From a virus (lineage: Duplodnaviria > Caudoviricetes): DNA of 64,000 nt. The notes below the pieces were generated by a model. It had not been told where the DNA came from, did no database searches, and saw nothing but the letters and a program-made list of their open reading frames with translations. Positions 47,774-56,195 of the stretch are shown piece after piece; position 1 is the stretch's first letter; each line of letters begins with the position of its first letter. The position numbers and the translations under genes were made by a program. The stretch is taken from IMG/VR virus record IMGVR_UViG_3300027759_003166, one strand, 5' to 3'.

Positions 47774-48316
47774 TTATAAACGAGCGTCTATAATGTTCCA
47801 ATTGATAATTTTCCAATGATTATTTAGATAACCTTTTTTATCGGCTTGGTAATCCAATGACCAAGCATGTTCCCAAGCATCAATTAAAACAATAATATCT
47901 TTCTTTATAGAATGATTGGGAATTATTTTTATATCACCATTGCTTGATAGATAGCACCAGCCACTTCCTTGAATGGACATAAACGATTTGGTAAATTCTT
48001 CTTTGAAGTTATCAAAAGATTTAAAATGTTGATCAATAAACTCTTTGGATGCACCAATTGGTGTATTTTCTTCATCTGGAATCTGTAGTTGTGGAAAGTA
48101 TATACTATGTAAGTAAGCACCTGCTTCATTAAAGTCTAGATCACCTTCGCCGCTGTTATAGCGATTAACATAGGTTCTGTATAGTTTGCCATAATGATAA
48201 TCTATAGCATCTTCACTTAACACAGGTTCTAATGCATCTCGGGCATAGGATAATTTCACTTGTTCAAGTGTTTTGATCTCTTTGCCTTCTACTACATATT
48301 TTATAAAATTAAACAT
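47774..48316 (-). CDS. sod: Fe/Mn superoxide dismutase
   Basis: YARDALEP...DYHYGK, YLHSIYF, GSGW, DAWEHAW; all four metal-ligand positions present. Confidence 0.88.
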   Translation of the reverse strand: MFNFIKYVVEGKEIKTLEQVKLSYARDALEPVLSEDAIDYHYGKLYRTYVNRYNSGEGDLDFNEAGAYLHSIYFPQLQIPDEENTPIGASKEFIDQHFKSFDNFKEEFTKSFMSIQGSGWCYLSSNGDIKIIPNHSIKKDIIVLIDAWEHAWSLDYQADKKGYLNNHWKIINWNIIDARL

Positions 48317-48906
48317 TATTTCTTTTTACCTGCTTTCATATTAGCGGCCCAATGTGCTAATTGTGCTGCTCGTCCTGAATGACTTTTGGCAAACTTTCTC
48401 AAACTGCTAATACTAGCATGTTTAGGAATACCGTGCCTTGCACTATCACCTTTATCCTCGGGATGACGTCCGTCAGCAAAATTCTCTGCTACATCCTGCT
48501 GACCTTCCACAGTAAGCCTGTCTAATGCTATTGGATTTAATACAACATTCGGTTTCAAGCCTTTGGTGTTAGCATAGGCCACATACACTTGATCTGTGGG
48601 TTCTATAACAAAACTCACACAATGTTTACCGGGCCAGTCTGGTTTGCCCACACTAAACCAAATGCCTATCACAGGAATAAATGGATGTTCATCTGTGCTC
48701 AACCGACCATATTCCCGTTCGCCTGTGGCGTCACGCCGAGGTTTTAGTCCTCCACTTTTCTTAATTGCTTCTAGCCTATTGGTACAATGATAAACCCTTT
48801 GCCCCACTATGTCTTGTCCAGGAAATAGATTCGTACCAGGAACATTCTTAGGTGGTCTAACTCCCTGGTAGTTGGTAAAGTTTTCAACTAGTTCGTTGAT
48901 ACGCAT
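48316..48906 (-). CDS. Putative ADP-ribosyltransferase-fold domain fused to a basic C-terminal module
   Basis: VYHCT...IKKSGGLKP...GIWFS resembles the YHGT/I..GL.P/G.YFS ART pattern; QQDVAE precedes a K/R/H-rich tail. Confidence 0.5.
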   Translation of the reverse strand: MRINELVENFTNYQGVRPPKNVPGTNLFPGQDIVGQRVYHCTNRLEAIKKSGGLKPRRDATGEREYGRLSTDEHPFIPVIGIWFSVGKPDWPGKHCVSFVIEPTDQVYVAYANTKGLKPNVVLNPIALDRLTVEGQQDVAENFADGRHPEDKGDSARHGIPKHASISSLRKFAKSHSGRAAQLAHWAANMKAGKKK

Positions 48907-49689
48907 TTAGCAATTCCATTTACGTAATGCCAATGCCTTGCGTGTAGGTTCACCATTGGGCTTTTTCATAGGACCATCAACTCCACCCATTCTAGCACAG
49001 AATGATTTACGGCGTTTGGCGGATTTACTGCCAGCTTTTAATTTACTGGGTTTAGTGGTAACTGCCGTTTGTAGTTTGCTACCAGGGTGCTCTCTACGAT
49101 AACTAGCAACACCTTTGGCATTTAGTCCGCCAGACTTGCTTTTGCCGGCCTTACGATGCCACGCAGCAGATTCATTTAATTCATCTTCTAAAAACGTATC
49201 AGCAAACTTTTCGCATAGTGCTCTAATGTCTGAGTTGTTTGTTTCTTGTAGAGTAAATTCTCTTTCTTCGTGTTCGTCGTCACCTTGGCTTGGATCCATA
49301 TAACCGCAATATACTTTACGTATGATAGAATTATTGATTAGATCGGTACAACTATCTCCGTGCCTTTCTTGTGCAGTTTCATCACTAAATTCACTGCAAG
49401 GACTCAGCGTAGTAATAAGAATACTGCCTTCTGGAATGTCACCATATTTTCTATCATAGGCTTCCATGGCTGCTTTCTCTGCATGAACATGTAAATCGCC
49501 TTGCATATAATTCAATCCTAAAACTAAATTATTGTCAGGATCTAATACAGCAGCAGCAACCATGCCGTAACGTTCGCTATCCCTTTTCTGGCCTTCAATA
49601 ACCAGTTTGCAGAGTTTAACCAAGATACCGTCCAACTTGGTTAGATTGCGTATCTCGTAGTCAGTTTGGTCAAACTCTGTAAATCTCAT
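48907..49689 (-). CDS. Zn-dependent cytidine/dCMP-deaminase-fold protein fused to a basic C-terminal module
   Basis: HAE...TLSPC...C zinc motif, with VAAAVL and KVYCGYMDP; after ELNE a separate K/R-rich module (SAAW...RRKSFCARM...RKWNC). Confidence 0.75.
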   Translation of the reverse strand: MRFTEFDQTDYEIRNLTKLDGILVKLCKLVIEGQKRDSERYGMVAAAVLDPDNNLVLGLNYMQGDLHVHAEKAAMEAYDRKYGDIPEGSILITTLSPCSEFSDETAQERHGDSCTDLINNSIIRKVYCGYMDPSQGDDEHEEREFTLQETNNSDIRALCEKFADTFLEDELNESAAWHRKAGKSKSGGLNAKGVASYRREHPGSKLQTAVTTKPSKLKAGSKSAKRRKSFCARMGGVDGPMKKPNGEPTRKALALRKWNC

Positions 49690-49738
49690 TTCTTTTTCAC
49701 CTTAGGCTGTCTTGCTTTATATAAGGCCGCTGTGGCCA

Positions 49739-50725
49739 TTACTTTTTTTTTTCTGGGGTCTTATTTTTAAATTGGTGATACTTATTTGGATCAGCATTTT
49801 GGAAGTTATCAACCCAAGCATCTAAATCCATAGTAGGTTCCAATTGTCTCTCTACCATTTGCTGTAGTGATTCAAAGTATGGATCACCTTCCGCCACACC
49901 TTGCTTGCGACTTTGGATAACTGTTCCACTTTGTTTTAAATATTTTATTACTTGTTTTCTAATTTGATTTGGATCAGTTAAACCGCCATCTAAACAATTA
50001 TCAACTATTTCAATAGCCAATTGTTGATCCATATCATCAATTAAATTAAATTCTTTTATAAAATGATTTCCCATCTTAATTGCTTCTGGACTATACATTC
50101 CTTCATGATCACCCTCCTCCATACCTTGCTCTTCTTTTCTTTTACCAAATGTAGCATGTACAAGTTGATCTAATTTTGCATGGAAATTAGTTTCAGCATC
50201 TTTGCTAAGTCCTGCATCACCTTCCGCCACACCTTGCTGCTCACCGTTGATACTTTGTAGCACACTATTCAAGTAGTCTGCGGCTTTAGTAATTTTACTT
50301 TGTTGCCAAGCATCAAGTCCTTCTTGTTCGCTATAACGTTGTACCATGTCTAATAATGATTGAGCATTTTTAGCAATGCTCATTAGTTCGCTACTGGCCA
50401 TTTGTATTTCGTGATCAGGATGATCTCTGTCTTCCATAAAAGGTTTTTTATGTTTTTCTTTGCGTGGAATAGTTTTGCTTTTATCTTTGTGAGCACCGGC
50501 ACCTGCCGTTTTGGCATTCTTAGCAACAAAGTTTCTTGGAGTACTTGCTGGAACAGTTTTCTTATCTGCTTCTTGTGCAATTAGATTATTACCACGTTTG
50601 CGTGTACCGCCTATGGGCATACTAACACTGGCTACACTACCTGAACTGGTGCCGCCTCCACTAGCATTTTCTAATACATAACGAGTTACCTCGCCTTGTG
50701 ATAATTTTTTAAATTCGTTGTTCAT
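49739..50725 (-). CDS. Modular protein with QGVAEG junctions; probably extends to 49686 across a frameshift in an A10 tract
   Basis: ATG at 50725 overlaps the upstream TGA; contains QGVAEGD twice and QGMEEGD once. Confidence 0.7.
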   Translation of the reverse strand: MNNEFKKLSQGEVTRYVLENASGGGTSSGSVASVSMPIGGTRKRGNNLIAQEADKKTVPASTPRNFVAKNAKTAGAGAHKDKSKTIPRKEKHKKPFMEDRDHPDHEIQMASSELMSIAKNAQSLLDMVQRYSEQEGLDAWQQSKITKAADYLNSVLQSINGEQQGVAEGDAGLSKDAETNFHAKLDQLVHATFGKRKEEQGMEEGDHEGMYSPEAIKMGNHFIKEFNLIDDMDQQLAIEIVDNCLDGGLTDPNQIRKQVIKYLKQSGTVIQSRKQGVAEGDPYFESLQQMVERQLEPTMDLDAWVDNFQNADPNKYHQFKNKTPEKKK

Positions 50726-51063
50726 TTTGTTTTCATCCAATTTGATACAGGGCTTACTGTATGTGTTCCTTTAGGTTCAAGACTACCTCGTTGAACAATT
50801 ACTTTATTTTTAAAACCCATCTTCTTAGCAGCATTGACAATCATTTCTTCATCGACATCTGAATATGCCCATGCTGCCGGAACATCTTTAGCAGGTCCTT
50901 CTGTAGGTGCATCATGATCTGGCATACCTGCAGACATTATACCTAATCTATAAAAATCGTAGTATTGATCAGCTCCGTGAAATTGTCGCCCGTGTGGTAG
51001 TGTACGTTGTGCCTGTTTATGCAGACCTTTCTTACGTTCTATGATAAACTCAGTTGCTCTCAT
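50722..51063 (-). CDS. Hypothetical protein with MRATEFIIE leader
   Basis: 113 aa; paralog of the upstream ORF. Confidence 0.7.
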   Translation of the reverse strand: MRATEFIIERKKGLHKQAQRTLPHGRQFHGADQYYDFYRLGIMSAGMPDHDAPTEGPAKDVPAAWAYSDVDEEMIVNAAKKMGFKNKVIVQRGSLEPKGTHTVSPVSNWMKTK

Positions 51064-51430
51064 TTTTCATCCAATTTGCTACAGGACTAACGATATTAGT
51101 ATCATCGGGTTCTTTGCTCTTGCTACGCTTGGTTAATTCTTTACTATCTGTAGGAATAGTTGCCATTGCTTGTAATACCATCATATGTTCAATGTCTGTG
51201 TAAGGAAATGCTACATTGTATTTTTCCACAAAACTTGAACTATCCATATCTACTGCTTTTTTATTTGATCCATCTGCCATAGCAGTTGCCATCCAAATTC
51301 TATTCAGATGATAGGTGCGATCATACCCGCCAACATCTCGCATCCTGGTAGCACCTTGGTTGGCATTGTCCATATGATGGTGCATTTTGCCGCCCGGTGT
51401 TGCCTCTGAAATGAATTCTTTTGCTCTCAT
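51050..51430 (-). CDS. Hypothetical protein with MRAKEFISE leader
   Basis: ATG at 51430 is 4 nt after the previous stop (track start 51514 overlaps the previous gene); paralog of 50722-51063. Confidence 0.7.
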   Translation of the reverse strand: MRAKEFISEATPGGKMHHHMDNANQGATRMRDVGGYDRTYHLNRIWMATAMADGSNKKAVDMDSSSFVEKYNVAFPYTDIEHMMVLQAMATIPTDSKELTKRSKSKEPDDTNIVSPVANWMKNESN

Positions 51431-51434
51431 AGTA

Positions 51435-54400
51435 TTATTTATTACTTTTGGATATTGCTTCATTAACAATAATCTTATTGATGAGAGCATCCATAATGTT
51501 TTCAATATCTTCACTTACTGGAATACAAATGTCTTTACCGTTTTTAGTACCAGCATAACGTTTACCTTTCCAGCAGGCCTTACCGTCAACCCCTTTGATC
51601 TTTTCTTCAATGGGTTTGTCATTGTGTTGAACGCTATCACCGCCAACTAAATCTCCAGCCTGAGCAGGTTTGTTTTTCTTAGGTCCAGTATTCTTCCATT
51701 GTCCAGCAGGTCCAAGTTTGTTCTTTTTACTACCTGCAAAGTTACTTGCTGGCATCATCTTTTCGGCAACTTTCTCATCCTTCTTAGGTTCTGGTTTAGG
51801 GATACTACTTGGAGTACGAGCAAGACTTGCGTCGCTCTTAGCACGTTGTTTCTGTTCAGCATTCCATAAACGTTGAGCAGCACTCATACGAGCCTCCGCC
51901 ACACCTTGCTTTGGTTCTGGTAAGCGTAACTTTTTACGCATCTCAGGGCTTGTATCTTTTAAACGTTTCTGTTGTTCTTTATCTTGTTTTGCTTTTGCTT
52001 CTGGACGATTTCTACGCTGTTCTTCACGATCACCGCTTGGTGTACGATTATCCATCTCTGCCAAGCCTTCCGCCACACCTTCGGCCATTTTAACGTGATG
52101 TCTATCCAACTCTTGTTTCAATGCTGCTAATTTGTTTGGAGCACGAGCAATAGCATTACGGATCTCCCCGGCAACGTTCTTTGGAATCTTACTTAATACA
52201 TCATTAACAATCTGATCAACCTGTGCATTCTGTTGTCCTACTGCTGTACTTTTAGGTGGCTTAATAGCTGGCTCATCCTGCTCATCACCTGATGCTTCGA
52301 GATCCATTAAGTATCTTTCGTATTCTGCTTTATTCTGCATCCAACGACGAGCATTTCTTGTCAGTTGTGGAGCATTGATTTGTTCGCCTAACTTGGCCAA
52401 TATTGGAGGTAGATTATTAGAGATGTTGCCAAATGATCTCTTCATTTCTAATTCGCCGTCTGCTTCTTCTCCACGTAAGAAGTCACGTAAATCTACGGTT
52501 CTACGAGTATTGTATTTGCATAGGTCGTGTAGTTCATTGTGTAGTCTACCTATGTACATATTTTGCACCCAACGGCCACCAACCCCTGCTGCTACCATTC
52601 TAAAGCCACGACCTAGTTCGCCATGATTCTCCATATACTTCTTAGCCTGGAATTTCATTGTTTCATAGACATTGGTAATAGGTTCTCCGATGTCGTTGAT
52701 AATGGATCGTAGTGTGCTGTCAATACTGGTACCTTCTACTAGGGCATTTAATATTCTTTGTTCTGCTATAGGAGCAGGTTCTGGTTGTGGCACAGGTGCC
52801 TTTGGTTGTTGTATTCCCATACCTTCCCTTGTTAAATCCATTAGGTGTTTAATCCAATTAACACCTAATTTTTGTACATCAAATCCTTGGCTCCAAACGG
52901 CTAATTGCTGTTGTTCAGTGGCGTTAGGATCTTTTAATATATTTCGTAGTTTAGTAAAACTCATACCAGTACCACGTGGTGTTATTTCTAAACTTACTTT
53001 AACATGTTCATAGCCTGGAAATTTATTAACACCCTTCATTAATGCCTGTGGCATAGTAAGACCTGCTTGATCTTCACCAACCATAATAATAACATTATCA
53101 TAGCGCGGCGGCTTGCCTGGTAGTGGATTAATTAATTCGTGCTTGATCTTTTGTAGTAATGATCCACCTGCTTCATTCACGGTACTAATATTCTTAGCAT
53201 ATTCTGGATATAGTTTGTGCCAAGTTTGTACTTTAACTGCCGGTGGTATTGGATCATCTTTACCCTGTGCATTGCCAATAAACAAATATGGATCCCCACC
53301 TACTGCTGCGGCTTTCTTTAATGTGTAATCAAATAATTGCTCATGACCAATATGTCCAACAAAACTACCAATAGCAACTACCGCTGTCTTAGCATCTCCT
53401 CTTGGACGTTCTGTTCTTGCATTTACCTTAGCAGCATTCTTAGCAGTGATAACATCACGTTGTTCCTGACTGGTAACTTTAATAGGACCTAGGCGACTAT
53501 TGATAACAATACCTTCGTAGTCTTTGCCCAACATATCTTTGCCAATGATGTTAGGGTCATTGATAATTGCTTTCTCTAATGCTGCGGCCACAGGTTCCAA
53601 TGCTGCCTTAACCTGACGTCGGGCTTCTAACTTGTTGCTGGCTAACATGGCTTTTAGTTCATCGATGTTCTCAACAGGTGGAACTAATGCTGTAACATCT
53701 AATGCTTCATTTTGTGTTAGACTATTATCAATAAACATAACACTGCCTGATTGTCCTACGCTGGTTAGCTCTTGAACAATTTTGTTTGAGTTAGGTAAAT
53801 CATCACCTGTGGTAGCATCTGTGATACGGAATGGAACCAATGCAAGTTTAACACCTGCTGGTAATTTGTCGTAGTGTATACCTACAAACTTTAGTTTACC
53901 TTCTGGAGTTTCTGTGGCAAATGGTAGATACAATACTTCACAGGTAACTTGTTTATTGACTAAAAATCCAGGTCCTAACTTGCTATCAACTAACTTAACA
54001 GCGTTCATCATTTCCGTAAATAGTTCATCAAATAGTTGAGCACGACCTAATACTTCTGGATCAGTAGTACCTTTCTTTTGATGATATGCTACAAAGCCTG
54101 GTTCGTATCTAGGTTCTGTTCTACTGGTGCCCATGAAAGGCTTACCTTCAGAATTCTTACCAAATCTGCCACCAAATCCGTCTACTTTGACGTTTAAAGG
54201 AATGTTTTGCAGTTTAAAATTGCCGTTTCCGTCGTGAATTTCGTCTAATAAATCTAACAAGTCAGCAGGCTTAAGATCGTGTAAGTGTGGCATACCTTTT
54301 CGGAATTGTGCCTTTACTTGTGCTTCTTCTTTTAATGGTTTAACAGCCTTGTTTTGAAATGCAGCAGCATAAGTAGTAGCCATTTCAATTGCTTGTTTTC

Positions 54401-55544
54401 TTAAACTAGCAGCATTGGCTAACTTCATATTTTCCAACATCCAATCTATGGCAGCAAATTTAATATCGCGGTCTCTTGCCGGATCATTTTTGGTGATCAT
54501 TTGACTACCTGGTTCAAAACATATACTAAAGAAACGTTGTGCTATTTCTTCTTTCTTTTGTTCGTTGAGATATTTGGCAATCAGTTGTACTGTACCGACA
54601 AAACTATTTTTAAGTTCTTGATCATTGCCTTTGGGTTTTCTACCAAAGAAGATTTCAAATTGTTGACCAAGATTTTGTATGTATTGTCTTGCACTAGGTT
54701 CAAGCAATTGCATTACAGGAATGCCATCCTTTTCCATAGGTTGCCCAGTAGCAGGATCCATGTAAGGAACATATTTCTGACTTACACCACCACCGCTTGG
54801 ACCGCTAACAGCAAAACTATAATCACTATCAGTTACAGGTGCATCAGATATCTTTGTACTTTTCTTTAATACACGAGCAACATATTTGGTACTGGCCTGA
54901 GAATAGGGTAATGCACGATCTAAAAATTTGTGGAATACACCTTTAATGTTTTGAGATATGTCATCCCAAGAACTGCTATGACTATATGATTGCCACTCTG
55001 TGGGTAATCCTGTTTCGGCTTCATGTGCTCCGTATTCAAAGTCAATTTGAATCTTAACAGGTAAATCTTTTAATTTGATCTCCCATAGGCTAACCCATTG
55101 ACTATTACCTGGAGTAAATCCCAACAACATGGCGTTGCTGAACATTTTACCTGTGTTATTTTGTAAGAATTGTCTAATTGTTTCAGCATGTTTGTCAGTT
55201 GCTTGTGTATCAATATCGCCTACCTTGGGTTTGACTCGGACAAATTCTTCATCAGATATTTTCTTATCCATGAATTGTAAAGTACTGCCGCTTAGAAACT
55301 TTTGAGTCTCTACAGAATTCTCATGCCAAAGCGGTTCTTTGAATTGCTGAGTAAATGCATCATTAATTGAATGTAGTGTTTGACTTACTACATCTTGTAC
55401 ATAACTACGGTCATGAACATGTAGATCTAATTCTTGTGCTTGATGATCACCTGGTACCCCTTGCCACCCTGGACTTTGGCTAGATACATTGCCACCTTCG
55501 GATAATGCTAGTTTAGGATTTCTAAATAGTTCAGATAAGTTCAC
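51435..55544 (-). CDS. 1369-aa multidomain protein: Pol-beta-type nucleotidyltransferase + ATP-dependent ligase-like domain + HIGH nucleotidyltransferase + C-terminal modules
   Basis: SGS...GDID...QIDFE; KVDG, CEVLY, EGIVI, IKV (ligase motifs I, III, IV, V); GSFVGHIGHEQL...IIMVGEDQ; GTG start. Confidence 0.75.
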   Translation of the reverse strand: MNLSELFRNPKLALSEGGNVSSQSPGWQGVPGDHQAQELDLHVHDRSYVQDVVSQTLHSINDAFTQQFKEPLWHENSVETQKFLSGSTLQFMDKKISDEEFVRVKPKVGDIDTQATDKHAETIRQFLQNNTGKMFSNAMLLGFTPGNSQWVSLWEIKLKDLPVKIQIDFEYGAHEAETGLPTEWQSYSHSSSWDDISQNIKGVFHKFLDRALPYSQASTKYVARVLKKSTKISDAPVTDSDYSFAVSGPSGGGVSQKYVPYMDPATGQPMEKDGIPVMQLLEPSARQYIQNLGQQFEIFFGRKPKGNDQELKNSFVGTVQLIAKYLNEQKKEEIAQRFFSICFEPGSQMITKNDPARDRDIKFAAIDWMLENMKLANAASLRKQAIEMATTYAAAFQNKAVKPLKEEAQVKAQFRKGMPHLHDLKPADLLDLLDEIHDGNGNFKLQNIPLNVKVDGFGGRFGKNSEGKPFMGTSRTEPRYEPGFVAYHQKKGTTDPEVLGRAQLFDELFTEMMNAVKLVDSKLGPGFLVNKQVTCEVLYLPFATETPEGKLKFVGIHYDKLPAGVKLALVPFRITDATTGDDLPNSNKIVQELTSVGQSGSVMFIDNSLTQNEALDVTALVPPVENIDELKAMLASNKLEARRQVKAALEPVAAALEKAIINDPNIIGKDMLGKDYEGIVINSRLGPIKVTSQEQRDVITAKNAAKVNARTERPRGDAKTAVVAIGSFVGHIGHEQLFDYTLKKAAAVGGDPYLFIGNAQGKDDPIPPAVKVQTWHKLYPEYAKNISTVNEAGGSLLQKIKHELINPLPGKPPRYDNVIIMVGEDQAGLTMPQALMKGVNKFPGYEHVKVSLEITPRGTGMSFTKLRNILKDPNATEQQQLAVWSQGFDVQKLGVNWIKHLMDLTREGMGIQQPKAPVPQPEPAPIAEQRILNALVEGTSIDSTLRSIINDIGEPITNVYETMKFQAKKYMENHGELGRGFRMVAAGVGGRWVQNMYIGRLHNELHDLCKYNTRRTVDLRDFLRGEEADGELEMKRSFGNISNNLPPILAKLGEQINAPQLTRNARRWMQNKAEYERYLMDLEASGDEQDEPAIKPPKSTAVGQQNAQVDQIVNDVLSKIPKNVAGEIRNAIARAPNKLAALKQELDRHHVKMAEGVAEGLAEMDNRTPSGDREEQRRNRPEAKAKQDKEQQKRLKDTSPEMRKKLRLPEPKQGVAEARMSAAQRLWNAEQKQRAKSDASLARTPSSIPKPEPKKDEKVAEKMMPASNFAGSKKNKLGPAGQWKNTGPKKNKPAQAGDLVGGDSVQHNDKPIEEKIKGVDGKACWKGKRYAGTKNGKDICIPVSEDIENIMDALINKIIVNEAISKSNK

Positions 55545-55548
55545 AATA

Positions 55549-55908
55549 TTATCCTAACTTATATTTGTCTTTTTTAATATCTTCACGATAGTGATCATGA
55601 AGTCTATGGCACATATCATCTCTCATTTCTTTTGAAAACTCAGTGCCTAACTTGCCTTTTAATTCGTTATCGTGATAGTATTCTTTACAACCTTTAATTA
55701 CCATAGGCATATACATTTCTAATACTTGCTCAGGTGTACATTCATCTAAACTCTTTAGTTTACGAGCAATAGGATAGAAGTAATCTTTGTGTAGTTTATC
55801 GTGATCAATGATGTACCAAAATAATTCGTCGGCACGTTTATCATCGTCGGTGTCTTTGCCACGTTGGCTTATTTGTATAGGCTGATTAAAGAATTCTGTG
55901 AGTTTCAT
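55549..55908 (-). CDS. Hypothetical protein with MKLTEFF leader
   Basis: 119 aa; first gene after the TAAATA motif. Confidence 0.7.
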   Translation of the reverse strand: MKLTEFFNQPIQISQRGKDTDDDKRADELFWYIIDHDKLHKDYFYPIARKLKSLDECTPEQVLEMYMPMVIKGCKEYYHDNELKGKLGTEFSKEMRDDMCHRLHDHYREDIKKDKYKLG

Positions 55909-55915
55909 AATATGG

Positions 55916-55925
55916 TATTTATTTA
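55916..55925 (-). promoter_or_regulatory. Putative late promoter (two overlapping TAAATA)
   Basis: Minus strand TAAATAAATA ending 7 nt before the ATG at 55908. Confidence 0.55.
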
Positions 55926-56195
55926 AGTTTGTTCTTCCAGATAATAACTACACCCTGGTATACCGTGTTGGCTATATCTCAAATTCCTCTCCATTGGATA
56001 AGTTCTGCACCCATCAGGCCTTGTTTCGTATATTTTGCATCGGCGAAATTCTTCATCAAAATGCTCGCACCATCGTGTAGTATACTCAACATTACCTGGT
56101 TTATAAACGCGAACTTTACAACATCCTGTATTACATCCGCCAAATGGATCACAAAAACCTTTGACCACAGGATTAATCCAAATAATCTCATTCAT
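55923..56195 (-). CDS. YkgJ-like cysteine-cluster (CxxCxxCC-type) protein
   Basis: CDPFGGCNTGCC...CEHF...CKIYETRPDGCRTYP...C; ATG at 56195 in a TAATG overlap with the fibre stop. Confidence 0.7.
   Translation of the reverse strand: MNEIIWINPVVKGFCDPFGGCNTGCCKVRVYKPGNVEYTTRWCEHFDEEFRRCKIYETRPDGCRTYPMERNLRYSQHGIPGCSYYLEEQT

Larger units (their letters stand above)
49883..52081 (-). repeat. Dispersed in-frame direct repeat, core AAGGTGTGGCGGA, five copies
   Basis: Copies at 49883-49905 and 50216-50238 (23/23 identical), 50108-50130 (20/23), 51895-51910 (16-bp core) and 52066-52081 (16 bp). Confidence 0.9.

Noticed and set aside
49883-52081. QGVAEG repeats as a CRISPR array
   Set aside because: Spacing is irregular (108 bp to ~1.7 kb), all copies are in frame in coding sequence, and there is no leader or cas gene.
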